A stretch of DNA of 64,000 nucleotides from Spirochaetia bacterium (GCA_965203905.1 CBDBDQ010000005.1:2720001-2784000); one strand, 5' to 3'; shown: positions 29,325 through 39,003, numbered from the stretch's first letter. Made by a program: numbers and translations. The notes: generated from the sequence alone by a model not told the origin.

Positions 29325-30911
29325 ATGACCCGACGCCGGCTGCCCATCGGCATCCAGACCTTCCGCACCCTGCGCGAACGGGACTGCTACTACGTGGACA
29401 AGACCGCCTACATGGAGCGGCTGCTCGACGAAGGCACCCATTACTTTCTGTCGCGCCCGCGGCGGTTCGGCAAGAGCCTGTTCCTGGACACGCTGAAGGA
29501 ACTGTTCCAAGGCAGCAAGGAGCTGTTCGAAGGGCTGCACATCCACGCGGGGCACAACTGGTCGGAGCGGCATCCGGTGGTGCGGCTGAGCTTCGGCGGC
29601 AGCAGCTTCACGGAGCACGCGCATCTGCACGCGAACGTGATGGCGCAGTTGGAGGGGATGGCGGAACAGCAGGGCGTGAGCGTGCGCTACGCCACCGGGC
29701 CGGAGCGGTTCGCGCATCTGCTCAGGAGCTTGCATGCGCGTGCCGGGCAGCGGGTGGCGGTGCTGGTGGACGAGTACGACAAGCCGATCCTGGACGCGCT
29801 GGAGACGCCGGAGGTCGCGCGCGCCAACCGCGACTACCTGCGCGGGCTGTACGGGGTGATCAAGGACAGCGACGCGCACGTCCGGTTCGCGTTTCTGACC
29901 GGCATCAGCAAGTTTTCCAAGGTGAACCTGTTCTCGCAGTTGAACAACCTCACCGACCTCACGCTGGATCCCGTCTTCTCGTCGATCTGCGGGTACACGG
30001 AGGACGATCTGGACGCGGTGTTCGCCCCGGAGCTTGACGGGCTTGATCGGGCGCAGGTGCGCGAGTGGTACAACGGCTATGGTTGGCGCGGTAACGAAAG
30101 AGTGTACAACCCCTTCGACGTGCTGCTGTTGCTGCGCCGCCGCGAGTTCGAGGCGCATTGGTTCGAGACCGGGACGCCCGCGTTCCTGGTGGACACGCTA
30201 TTCCAACGCCGCGTCTCGTCGGTGTCGCTGGGGGATATGGTGAGCACGGGAGAGTTGCTGTCGGAGTTCGACGTCGGTGGCCGCTCCGCCGCCGAGCACA
30301 TCGGCACCGAGGCACTGCTGTTCCAGACCGGTTACCTGACGATTGTGGGGGAGGAGCGGTTAGGCGGCGAGTCGCTGTACCAACTCGGCTATCCGAATCG
30401 CGAAGTGCGCCAGAGCCTGAACCGCGTGCTGCTGCGCCAACTGGTGCAAGACACGGGGCAGCAGATGGCCAACAGCATGCGTCTGGCGCGGCTGCTGCAG
30501 GCGCACGACTGCGCGGGGTTGAAGGCGCTGTTCCACGCCTTTTTCGCGAGCATTCCGTATCAGAGGTATGCCGCCGACGGTGGTCGGCGGACGAACAACC
30601 ACATCGCCGACTACGAAGGATTCTACGCGAGCGTGGTGTATTCCTATTTTGCGGCGCTGGGGTACGAAATCGCGGTGGAGGAGTCGAGCAGCCACGGCCG
30701 GCTCGACATGGCGGTGCGCACCGGCGGGCACGTTTACTTGTTCGAGTTCAAGGTGGCGGAGCTGTCGTCTCCGGGATCGGCCCTGGCACAGTTGCGAGAG
30801 CGGGACTACGCGGCGAAGTACCGGGGACGGGGCGAGCCGATCCACCTTATCGGAGTGGAGTTCAGCCGCGCTACGCGCAACGTGACGGCATTCGAGGTGG
30901 CCGACGGCTGA
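29325..30911 (+). CDS. AAA-ATPase-like protein with C-terminal PD-(D/E)XK nuclease domain
   Basis: LPIGIQTF, YYVDKT, RPRRFGKS, DEYDKP, GRLDM..YLFEFK. Confidence 0.9.
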   Translation: MTRRRLPIGIQTFRTLRERDCYYVDKTAYMERLLDEGTHYFLSRPRRFGKSLFLDTLKELFQGSKELFEGLHIHAGHNWSERHPVVRLSFGGSSFTEHAHLHANVMAQLEGMAEQQGVSVRYATGPERFAHLLRSLHARAGQRVAVLVDEYDKPILDALETPEVARANRDYLRGLYGVIKDSDAHVRFAFLTGISKFSKVNLFSQLNNLTDLTLDPVFSSICGYTEDDLDAVFAPELDGLDRAQVREWYNGYGWRGNERVYNPFDVLLLLRRREFEAHWFETGTPAFLVDTLFQRRVSSVSLGDMVSTGELLSEFDVGGRSAAEHIGTEALLFQTGYLTIVGEERLGGESLYQLGYPNREVRQSLNRVLLRQLVQDTGQQMANSMRLARLLQAHDCAGLKALFHAFFASIPYQRYAADGGRRTNNHIADYEGFYASVVYSYFAALGYEIAVEESSSHGRLDMAVRTGGHVYLFEFKVAELSSPGSALAQLRERDYAAKYRGRGEPIHLIGVEFSRATRNVTAFEVADG

Positions 30912-31079
30912 CGCTGGCCGCTGCATTGCCGCGAGCGCCATGGTGTCGGACTGACGCTGGTCACGGCCGACGGGGATCTGTGCGCCTGCCCCGACATCGA
31001 CGTGCTTCCCGATTCCCCGTAACCGCAGAATCTGACGGCCCCCACGTCCGCCAGAGCCGGGAAACGGGAAACGTGCAAT

Positions 31080-31108
31080 TTGACAGACTGCGACGGGCGG
31101 CGCATAGT
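31080..31108 (+). promoter_or_regulatory. Sigma70-type promoter, leader copy 1
   Basis: TTGACA-N17-CATAGT, conserved in three leaders. Confidence 0.7.
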
Positions 31109-31133
31109 AATTCATTCGGGCCGTTCCGGACTC

Positions 31134-31373
31134 ATGCCGACGAAGCCTCATCATAGCACTCAGCGCCCCCCCCAAAGGGGCGGGCCTCCAAGTATTTGTA
31201 CGAGAAGCATAAACGTACGGGCTGAGTGGGCGCGACGCCATGCGCGCCACGTCACAGCATGCCGCTGGCGTTGCCAGCTACTGCTACCGACACTTGCGCC
31301 GTCGCCGGCCACCGCTCCTCGCGGCGCTCCCGACCCAGGTGCGTGTACGGGTCCAAGGAGGTGCCGCATGTAG
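31134..31373 (+). CDS. Putative leader peptide/uORF copy 1 (79 aa, C8 tract at 31166-31173)
   Basis: MPTKPHHSTQRPP...; N-terminus conserved with 36592 and 45736. Confidence 0.45.
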   Translation: MPTKPHHSTQRPPQRGGPPSICTRSINVRAEWARRHARHVTACRWRCQLLLPTLAPSPATAPRGAPDPGACTGPRRCRM

Positions 31374-31402
31374 ACTCGGGGCTGCCGTTCTCGCTCTCCA
31401 GG

Positions 31403-31480
31403 CACCCGGCGATTGCGGGTGATCTACGAGAGTGGGCGAGGGATGGGCAGTGGCATCAGCACTCTCGAGCATTCAGGAGT
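31403..31480 (+). promoter_or_regulatory. Structured 5' UTR element, copy 1
   Basis: CACCCG/CGGGTG hairpin, then CGAGAGTG (31427-34) / CACTCTCG (31460-67), then SD AGGAG. Confidence 0.55.
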
Positions 31481-31485
31481 CCAGG

Positions 31486-33276
31486 ATGCAATACGTAATC
31501 TTTCGCAAGTTCCTCGCGGTCCTGGTCGGGCTCGTCCTGGCCGCGACCGGCCTCTGGGCGGCTGCCGCACAAGAAGAGCCGGCAGCCGCTATGGAAAAGG
31601 AGATGGTGACCGACCCCACCACCGGCGAGATGGTCACCGCGCCGCAGTATGGCGGGACCTTGATCGCGGCCATGCCGAGCGACCCCGCCGGCTCCGACGC
31701 CTATTTCGGACATCCTACGATGAAGGCGATCGAGCAGGTGTGCGAGATGCTGGCCGGGATTGACTGGGGAGTAGACCGCGACGAGCATGGCTTGAACCGC
31801 ATATACCTCCCCGACATTGCCCTGACCGGAAGGCTGGCCGAACGCTGGGAGATGTCGGCGGACGGTCTCACCCTTACCTTCCACATCCGCCAGGGCGTTC
31901 ACTGGCACGACAAGGCGCCGATGAACGGCCGCGAGCTCACTGCCGAGGATGTCGAATACAACTGGCGCCGCTATACCGGTCTGGGCAGCGGCTTCACCGA
32001 ATTCAGCCCCAACATTGCCCAGTGGTCGGGACTCGACGACTTGGGAATAGCATCGATAACCGCCACCGACCGGTATACGGTCGTCTTTACCCTGGAGCAG
32101 CCCAACCTGCAGGTCCCTCGTGAAATCCTCTGGCCGTACCCAACGTGCATCATGCCGCCCGAGGTGATCGAGCAACACGGCGACGTTACCGACTGGACGA
32201 ACCTGGTCGGCACCGGACCCTTCGAGCTGACCGACTGGGTGGAGGGCAGCTCGCTGAACTTCAAGAAGAATCCCAACTACTGGGGATTTGACGAGAAATA
32301 CCCCGAGAACCGCTTGCCCTATGTTGACCGGTTGCAGGTGATGATCATGCCGGACGAGACCACACGTTTGGCGGCGCTGCGGACCGGCAAGGTCGATTAC
32401 CTGGGTTACCTGCTCTACGCGCACGTAAAGAGCGTCAACACGATAGAGCAGCTCCAGCAGAGCAACCCCGATCTCCAGGTGTTTCCGTTCTACCGAGAGG
32501 CCACCGGTATCGCTCTGTCCGCGCAGAACCCACCCTTCACCGACGTCAGGGTGCGCCACGCCATACAGATGGCACTGGACATCGACACAATAGCCAATAC
32601 CTACTTCAAGGGTTGGTCATTGGGGCCGCCTCAGGGATTCCTGGGGGGTGGGCTGGTCGGGTTTGTTCCCGCATTCGAAGACTGGCCGGAAGAGATCAAG
32701 CAATACTACACCTACGATCCGGCGGGGGCGGAAGCGTTGCTCGATGAGGCCGGCTATCCGCGCGGCGCCGACGGCATCCGCTTCAACGCTGGCATCGACT
32801 TCCGCGACTTGTATGATCTTGGCCATTACGAGTTGGCCGTAGCCCAGCTTGGCGAGATCGGCGTTGAGGTAGAGCTGAAGCCAATGGATACGGGTACTTG
32901 GGCCGGCCGTCTCCGGGAACATACCTATGATGGCATGACCTCGGAACACGTTGGGTTCGAGCACAGCATCGGCATGCTGGGACAGAACACCTCGGCCTCG
33001 ACGTGGAACCCCGCCGGTGTGCAAGACCCGGCGTATGACGCCCTGGCTGCAGCCGTCCTGTCCGCTGCTACCCAGGAGGAGCTGAGGGGGCGGGTTGAAG
33101 AGGCGTTCATGTACCTGACCGAGAACCATTGGCACGTATGGCTCGGGAGAGCGCCGCTGTTCTCCGTGGTTCAACCCTGGGTCATCGGCTACAACGGTGA
33201 AGTTGCGCAGGAGAGCGGGGTCATCCTGGGCCGCGTCTGGATTGACCAGGATATGAAAAAAGAGATGGGCTTCTAG
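31486..33276 (+). CDS. Family-5 ABC substrate-binding protein (cassette 1)
   Basis: VTDPTTGEMVTAPQYGG, RQGVHWHDKAPMNGRELTA, VGTGPF, LLDEAGYPRGADG. Confidence 0.9.
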   Translation: MQYVIFRKFLAVLVGLVLAATGLWAAAAQEEPAAAMEKEMVTDPTTGEMVTAPQYGGTLIAAMPSDPAGSDAYFGHPTMKAIEQVCEMLAGIDWGVDRDEHGLNRIYLPDIALTGRLAERWEMSADGLTLTFHIRQGVHWHDKAPMNGRELTAEDVEYNWRRYTGLGSGFTEFSPNIAQWSGLDDLGIASITATDRYTVVFTLEQPNLQVPREILWPYPTCIMPPEVIEQHGDVTDWTNLVGTGPFELTDWVEGSSLNFKKNPNYWGFDEKYPENRLPYVDRLQVMIMPDETTRLAALRTGKVDYLGYLLYAHVKSVNTIEQLQQSNPDLQVFPFYREATGIALSAQNPPFTDVRVRHAIQMALDIDTIANTYFKGWSLGPPQGFLGGGLVGFVPAFEDWPEEIKQYYTYDPAGAEALLDEAGYPRGADGIRFNAGIDFRDLYDLGHYELAVAQLGEIGVEVELKPMDTGTWAGRLREHTYDGMTSEHVGFEHSIGMLGQNTSASTWNPAGVQDPAYDALAAAVLSAATQEELRGRVEEAFMYLTENHWHVWLGRAPLFSVVQPWVIGYNGEVAQESGVILGRVWIDQDMKKEMGF

Positions 33277-33309
33277 GAAGCGCCAGCTCTACGGAAGAGT
33301 GGGTGTCAA

Positions 33310-33352
33310 GGGACCGGGAGGCTGTCGTTTGCGGACGCGCCTCCCGGCTCCC
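33310..33352 (+). terminator. Stem-loop between SBP and dppB
   Basis: GGGA-CCGGGAGGC...GCCTCCCGG-CTCCC; homologous to 38903-38946. Confidence 0.6.
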
Positions 33353-33384
33353 GCTGCCGGTAAACCAGCAATGACGAGTGTCAC

Positions 33385-34386
33385 ATGAGGGCGTACATCA
33401 TCCGGCGGTTGTTGCTGACCATCCCCACCCTGTTCCTATTGACCATCCTGGTCTTTCTCTCCGTTCGCTTTCTTCCCGGCGACGTCATAGACACCATGGT
33501 GTCCGAATCGTCGGTGTACGGGGACGTCATGGACCGTGCGGCGTTCGAGCGTATGCTGGGATTGGATGTGCCGGTATACGTGCAGTATGGACGCTGGATC
33601 GGCGTGCTCTCGACCCCTGACTGGCGTACCGGTGAGTCCCACTTCAGAGGTCTCCTGCAGGGCAGCCTCGGCCGCTCACTGGTGGGCGGCCGGTTGCCGG
33701 TGGAGCGGAAGATAGTCGGTCGATTGCCGGTGACCATCGAGCTCGGGGTCATGTCCATCATCCTCGGGCTGCTGATCGCGCTGCCGGTGGGCATCTACGC
33801 GGCGATTCGTCAGGACACGGCGGCCGACTACGCGGGTCGTTCGTTCGCCATCATCGGCCTGGCGACGCCCAACTTCTGGCTGGCGACCATGGTGATGATC
33901 TACCCGGTCGTCTGGTGGAGCTGGTCGCCACCGATGCAGTGGGTCAGGTTCACGGAAGACCCGCTGGAGAATCTGGGGGTGTTCATCATCCCCAGCCTGA
34001 TTGTGGGAACGGGCATGGCCGCTGCCACCATGCGGATGACGCGCACCATGATGCTGGAGGTGCTCAGGCAGGATTTTGTCAGGACCGCGTGGTCCAAGGG
34101 ACTGCGGGAGCGGGTCGTCGTCATGCGGCACGCCGTCAAGAATGCCCTGATCCCGGTGGTTACGCTGATCGGTCTGCAGTTGCCGATCGTGGTCGGCGGC
34201 GCCGTCATCATGGAGAACATCTTCAACCTGCCGGGACTGGGCCGGGTCATGGTGCTTGCTCTCAGTGAGCGAGACTACCCGGTGGTGTCGGGGATAAACC
34301 TGTTGTTCGCCGCCGCGGTCGTGGCGATCAATCTGCTGATCGATCTGCTCTATCCGTACCTGGACCCCAGGGTCCGCTATGCCTAG
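33385..34386 (+). CDS. DppB-like permease (cassette 1)
   Basis: MRAYIIRRLL, QDFVRTAWSKGL, LDPRVRY. Confidence 0.9.
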   Translation: MRAYIIRRLLLTIPTLFLLTILVFLSVRFLPGDVIDTMVSESSVYGDVMDRAAFERMLGLDVPVYVQYGRWIGVLSTPDWRTGESHFRGLLQGSLGRSLVGGRLPVERKIVGRLPVTIELGVMSIILGLLIALPVGIYAAIRQDTAADYAGRSFAIIGLATPNFWLATMVMIYPVVWWSWSPPMQWVRFTEDPLENLGVFIIPSLIVGTGMAAATMRMTRTMMLEVLRQDFVRTAWSKGLRERVVVMRHAVKNALIPVVTLIGLQLPIVVGGAVIMENIFNLPGLGRVMVLALSERDYPVVSGINLLFAAAVVAINLLIDLLYPYLDPRVRYA

Positions 34387-35314
34387 CAGTTCGAATACAG
34401 CCGGAGTTGCGCCACGGGCTGCCAGAGAACGGCAAAAGCCTGCTGCGTTCTTTGCCCGACTGTGGCGGGAGAAGCCACTGGGCAGCGCCTGCGGGATCAT
34501 CATACTGATACTGATTCTGGTCAGTATCCTGGCCGATGTTCTGGCTCCGTACGATCACATGGAACCACACCCGTCCGACATTCTGCAGGGCCCGTCAGCC
34601 AAGTATCTCCTGGGCACCGACTACGTGGGGCGGGACTTCTTGAGCCGCATCATCCACGGCGCCCGGCTGTCGTTGGCCGTCGGTCTGGCGGCGACCACGC
34701 TGAATGTTGTGGTCGCGGTGCTGATCGGCGGTACCTCTGGGTTCTTTGGCGGCAAGCTGGATCTGGCTGTGCAGCGATTCGTCGACGCCTGGATGGCGTT
34801 TCCCGGGCTGCTCCTGTTGCTGACCGTAATGTCGATCGTGGGGCGGGGCATGCTGCAGATCATCGTGGTCCTGGGGATAACGGGGGGCATCGTCGGCTCG
34901 AGAACGGTCAGAGGCGCCGTCATCGACATAAAGGAGAACACCTATTTCCACGCGGCACAGTCGATCGGCTCCGCCGGATGGCGAACCTTCATTCGCCACG
35001 TGCTGCCCAATATCGCGCCGGTGGTTATCGTCATATTCACCATCAACATCGGCGGTGTGATCATCAGTGAGGCGTCGTTGAGCTTTCTCGGCTTCGGTCT
35101 GCCGCCGAGCGTGCCGAGCTGGGGCGCCATGCTGAGCCGGGAAGGGCGCCAGTTCATGGAGATTGCCCCATGGCTGGCGCTCTGGCCAGGTCTGTGCCTG
35201 ACTGTCGTGGTGTACAGCCTGAACATGTTCGGCGACGCGCTGCGCGATCTGCTCGATCCCCGGCTGCACGGCGGCGCCGGCCGTCTCGACGCCCGCGGCT
35301 CATCTCCCGGCTGA
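34379..35314 (+). CDS. DppC-like permease (cassette 1)
   Basis: LGTDYVGRD, HVLPNI, GDALRDLLDPR. Confidence 0.9.
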   Translation: MPSSSNTAGVAPRAARERQKPAAFFARLWREKPLGSACGIIILILILVSILADVLAPYDHMEPHPSDILQGPSAKYLLGTDYVGRDFLSRIIHGARLSLAVGLAATTLNVVVAVLIGGTSGFFGGKLDLAVQRFVDAWMAFPGLLLLLTVMSIVGRGMLQIIVVLGITGGIVGSRTVRGAVIDIKENTYFHAAQSIGSAGWRTFIRHVLPNIAPVVIVIFTINIGGVIISEASLSFLGFGLPPSVPSWGAMLSREGRQFMEIAPWLALWPGLCLTVVVYSLNMFGDALRDLLDPRLHGGAGRLDARGSSPG

Positions 35315-35488
35315 CCCGTGGTCGATGGCCCGGGAGCCTGCGTTGCCGTTGAACGGCCCCTGGTACGCCGAGCGCCCGATAGGCGAGGGCCGGATTGCGA
35401 ATGTGCACTTCAAGACAGAGACCGCGCACGGCAAACCACCGTGGTGGTGCTCGCCGTTTCGTTCGCCTACGTGATGTAGCGGGCGAGG

Positions 35489-36457
35489 TCAGCCGCCAGA
35501 TGATCGGCGGAGCGCGGCAAGGAAATCGGCCTCATCGGCGCAGCCGAGGGCCGCTGTCAGCAGCGCCGCCTCCGACGCCGTGGCGAACGCCTCCGCATCC
35601 GCAGAGAAACCCTCCGACACCGCAATGCCCCGCGACTGCAGAATCTGGCGGACCATCCGTGCACGACCTTGCGCCAAGCCGCGCTCGAACCCCTGGCGCC
35701 GTTGCGAGCGCAGCAGCGGGTCGTCGTCCGGGCCGGTGCCTTCGCGCGCGCCGAGCGCCGCGGCAACCCGCTCCACGGCCGCGCTCGTTTGCGCTGACGG
35801 CACCGGTTCGTTCAGCGCCAGGTGAATCTCTTCGGCCTGCCAGCCGGGAAACGCCCGGCTCGCAGCCGCAACCCGGAACCGGCCACGCTCCAGCAGATGG
35901 ATCGTCAGCCCCGAGGGGCGCCGGTGCGGACGGCTCGGGGACGGCGCGTCCGGCACCTCCACCCACACTTCCGGGAATCCCCACGATTCGTACAGCGCGA
36001 GCTTGCCGCGGTGGACGTCGGTGGTGTGATCCACCTCCAGCACCACGTCGGGAAAGTCGTCCTCGCCCACCACCATGGCTGCGGGCCCCGGCTTGGCCCG
36101 CTCCGGATGCAGGTACACCGACTCGTCGGCCTGCATGATGCGCCGCGGTTCGCCGCCGGAGTCGCGCAGCAGCAGGTCCATCGAGCCGTACGATTCGATC
36201 GGCGAGCCGCGCACTCCCGCGATCCGCTCGGCCAGGCGCGTCACCAGGCGCGACGGCCGCTCGTGATAGGGAGTGGTGGGGTCGCAGATCCAGGCGGTCT
36301 CGGTGGCCGCATCCCAATACTCGAGCCGCCCCTCGAAGCGCTCGATCTCGGTGCGCGGCAGGTGCACCGGCTTGCAGCCGGGGAACGCCGGCGGCTGGGC
36401 GTGCCGGGGTTGGGCTGCCGCGTGGCGCCCGGATGGCGGTGCTTCGGTGCTGGCCAT
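35489..36457 (-). CDS. Uma2-family PD-(D/E)XK endonuclease
   Basis: QADESVY, PDVVLEVD, KLALYESWGFPEVW, SRAFPG. Confidence 0.85.
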   Translation of the reverse strand: MASTEAPPSGRHAAAQPRHAQPPAFPGCKPVHLPRTEIERFEGRLEYWDAATETAWICDPTTPYHERPSRLVTRLAERIAGVRGSPIESYGSMDLLLRDSGGEPRRIMQADESVYLHPERAKPGPAAMVVGEDDFPDVVLEVDHTTDVHRGKLALYESWGFPEVWVEVPDAPSPSRPHRRPSGLTIHLLERGRFRVAAASRAFPGWQAEEIHLALNEPVPSAQTSAAVERVAAALGAREGTGPDDDPLLRSQRRQGFERGLAQGRARMVRQILQSRGIAVSEGFSADAEAFATASEAALLTAALGCADEADFLAALRRSSGG

Positions 36458-36538
36458 GACGCCATGGTAGGCCATCTCGCGCGCGCATGCAAACCGAACG
36501 TTCCAGATCCGCCAGAGCCGGGAAGCGTAAACGTGCAA

Positions 36539-36567
36539 TTGACAGTGCGCGGCGGGCGGTGCACAGT
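36539..36567 (+). promoter_or_regulatory. Sigma70-type promoter, leader copy 2
   Basis: TTGACA-N17-CACAGT. Confidence 0.7.
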
Positions 36568-36591
36568 AGAGCGATCAGGGACTCTTGCCTC

Positions 36592-36966
36592 ATGCCGACG
36601 ACGCTCGACCATAGCACTCAGCGCTGTCACCAGTTGACGCAGTTGGTTACGTCCCCCCCCCCCCCCCCCCCCGGCAACTCTTTATACAATAATCCATTAA
36701 CACTAACCGCCCCGGCTGATCGTCCCGTACGCGACCTCGCGTTCGCCGTCGCTTTCACCACCGCCGTAGCTATGGCTGGCGCCGCCTCGATCCATCGCCG
36801 AACCGGCATGCGGGCCGCCCGCCACGCGCAGCCCACCCGACAAATACGGCAAGCACCCGGACCAGGGCCTACGGGCCTACCTACAGAAATGGAGGTGCAA
36901 AATGATACTCAAAGAACCGCACCACGCGCGCGGCCCGAGTTCATAACGCTCATGCCGCGCGCGTGA
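36592..36966 (+). CDS. Putative leader peptide/uORF copy 2 (124 aa) containing the C20 tract
   Basis: MPTTLDHSTQRCHQLTQLVTSPPPPPPG...LTAPADRPVRD. Confidence 0.5.
   Translation: MPTTLDHSTQRCHQLTQLVTSPPPPPPGNSLYNNPLTLTAPADRPVRDLAFAVAFTTAVAMAGAASIHRRTGMRAARHAQPTRQIRQAPGPGPTGLPTEMEVQNDTQRTAPRARPEFITLMPRA
36653..36672 (+). repeat. C20 homopolymer (slipped-strand tract)
   Basis: 20 consecutive C; the only run of this length seen in the window. Confidence 0.9.
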
Positions 36967-36995
36967 CCACCAGGGATTGCCACCGCTGTCTGGAC

Positions 36996-37075
36996 GCCTG
37001 CGTTGCGGGCGCGAGAGTGGCAGGGAAAAGGCAACTCGCTCGGAGAGCACTCTCAGAATCTCAGATATGGGAGAG
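36996..37075 (+). promoter_or_regulatory. Structured 5' UTR element, copy 2
   Basis: GCCTGC-GTT-GCGGGC, GAGAGTG (37013-19) / CACTCTC (37048-54), SD GGGAGAG. Confidence 0.55.
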
Positions 37076-37081
37076 ATCAGT

Positions 37082-38893
37082 ATGATTCTTCCCAGAATAA
37101 GAATCGCACACACTTTCGTGTTTGTGCTCGTGTTCGCCCTGACTGCCACCGGTGTCTGGGCCAGTCCGGCCGGCGAAGAGGAGCCGGCAGCCGCTGCCGA
37201 CAAGAAGTACGTGACCGACCCCACCACCGGCAAGGTGGTGGTGGCGCCACAGTACGGCGGGATACTAACCGCTGGGCATACTCAGGCCGGTAGTACTGGG
37301 GCTCCTAATGACCCCTATTTCGGCAATCCGTGGGGCCCAGGGGCGGCCGTCAATGAGAGGCTTGGTATCGGGAACTGGGGAATAGATAGAGACGTATTTG
37401 ACTTCAAAGCGGTCTACCTACCTCTGTCTGCCCTAACGGGGAGGCTGGCTGAAAGCTGGGATATTTCTCCGGACGGCCTCACCTATACCTTCAACATCCG
37501 CCAGGGCGTTAACTGGCAGAACAAGGCACCGATGAACGGGAGAGAATTCACTGCGGATGATGTCGTATTCAACTTTCACCGCTATCTGGGTCTGGGCGAC
37601 TTCACCGAAGCCGGACCTAGCACCTGGGTTGGCGCTGCCAACTTCATCTCCATACCATTCGAATCGGTAACGGCCACCGATAAATACACGGTTGTGATGA
37701 AGCTGAAGGAGCCAAATCTCACTGCGCTGGAGCTTATCCTCAACGACCGTGCTGTTGCAATATTGCCCCCCGAGGTAATCGAGCAATACGGCGACATGCA
37801 GGATTGGAGGAACGTGGTCGGCACGGGACCCTTTATGGTGACTGATGTCGTCGAGGAGAGCAGCATCACCTGGACCAAGAATCCTGACTACTGGGGCTAT
37901 GACGAGAAGTACCCGCAGAACCGCTTGCCCTACGTTGACCAGTTTCGGCGGCTGGTTATTCCAGAGGAAGGAACAATGATGGCGGCACTACGCTCAGGCA
38001 AGCTTGATTTCAGAATGTTTGCCCCTTCAGATATCGACTCGATAGAGAGCCTGCAGCGGACCAACCCCGAAGTCGAGGTGCACCCGATCTATTTTCGGTC
38101 GAGTGATTCTTTTGCTCCTAACCATCGCGTGCCGCCCTTTGACGACATCAACGTGCGTCGCGCCCTGCAGATGGCGCTGGACAACGAGACCGTTGCGGGT
38201 ACGTACTGGAAGGGTTGGGCAGATCCGACACCTCACGGGCTGGTAGGGTTGCAAGGGTATTTCATCCCCTTCGAGGAATGGGACGAAGAGGTCAAGCAAT
38301 ACTACCGGTATGACCCGGAAGCTGCCGAGAAGCTCCTTGATGAGGCTGGGTATCCGCGCGGCGCCGACGGCATTAGATTCAAGGCCGCCCTGAATTATAC
38401 GGAATCGGCAAGCTTGGATTTTGCAGAAATAGCTTCCGCCTACTGGGCTGAGATTGGCGTCGATTTTGAGATTGCGCCGGGTTCCAGCTACGCCGAATAT
38501 ACCGAGAGAATAGGCTCGGGTACCTGGGAAGGCATGCACAGTCAAATTGCGGGCGCCGCTTATGCCCCTCTCCTGATGGCAAGCTGGTATCACTCGGACG
38601 GGGCATTGAACCGCGGCGGATCCCAGTGGCCTGAGATGGACGCCATGGTTGACGCCGTCCGAGCCGCTACTACCAACGAGGAGCAGAAGATGCTGATAAA
38701 AGAGCTGGATATGTACGCGATAGAGAAGCACTGGCTGATATATGCTCCCAAAACTGCGTTTATTCATTATGCCCAGCCGTGGGTCATAGGCTATAGCGGT
38801 GAATTTCCAAATGCTTTGGGCCAGTCAGAAACCTATACCGTCTTTGCCCGCCTCTGGATTGATAGTGAGCTGAAGGAGGCAATGGGTTATTAG
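37082..38893 (+). CDS. Family-5 ABC substrate-binding protein (cassette 2)
   Basis: YVTDPTTGKVVVAPQYGG, KAPMNGREFTA, VGTGPF, LWIDSELKEAMGY. Confidence 0.9.
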   Translation: MILPRIRIAHTFVFVLVFALTATGVWASPAGEEEPAAAADKKYVTDPTTGKVVVAPQYGGILTAGHTQAGSTGAPNDPYFGNPWGPGAAVNERLGIGNWGIDRDVFDFKAVYLPLSALTGRLAESWDISPDGLTYTFNIRQGVNWQNKAPMNGREFTADDVVFNFHRYLGLGDFTEAGPSTWVGAANFISIPFESVTATDKYTVVMKLKEPNLTALELILNDRAVAILPPEVIEQYGDMQDWRNVVGTGPFMVTDVVEESSITWTKNPDYWGYDEKYPQNRLPYVDQFRRLVIPEEGTMMAALRSGKLDFRMFAPSDIDSIESLQRTNPEVEVHPIYFRSSDSFAPNHRVPPFDDINVRRALQMALDNETVAGTYWKGWADPTPHGLVGLQGYFIPFEEWDEEVKQYYRYDPEAAEKLLDEAGYPRGADGIRFKAALNYTESASLDFAEIASAYWAEIGVDFEIAPGSSYAEYTERIGSGTWEGMHSQIAGAAYAPLLMASWYHSDGALNRGGSQWPEMDAMVDAVRAATTNEEQKMLIKELDMYAIEKHWLIYAPKTAFIHYAQPWVIGYSGEFPNALGQSETYTVFARLWIDSELKEAMGY

Positions 38894-38902
38894 AGAAAGA
38901 AA

Positions 38903-38946
38903 GGGAGCTGGGAGGCTGTCGCCTGCAGGCGCGCTTCCCAGCTCCC
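38903..38946 (+). terminator. Stem-loop between SBP and dppB
   Basis: GGGAGCTGGGAGGC...GCTTCCCAGCTCCC. Confidence 0.65.
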
Positions 38947-38949
38947 AAC

Positions 38950-38988
38950 GAGATTGCCACGCCTCCATGAATCCAGGCTCGCAATGAC
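38950..38988. repeat. Partial REP-like element
   Basis: GAGATTGCCACG...CTCGCAATGAC resembles a widespread bacterial intergenic palindromic repeat (from recall, not searched). Confidence 0.4.
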
Positions 38989-39003
38989 GGGGAGTAATGT
39001 GAC

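Noticed and set aside
31421-31470. Resemblance of GAGAGTGGGCGAGGGATGG to the 5' part of a SAM-I riboswitch, and of ..ACTCTCAG (37049-56) to a glycine riboswitch
   Set aside because: The downstream conserved cores (CCC..GAA..GCAACC/GTGC for SAM-I; CCGAAG for glycine) are missing and the resemblance is not shared by all three copies.
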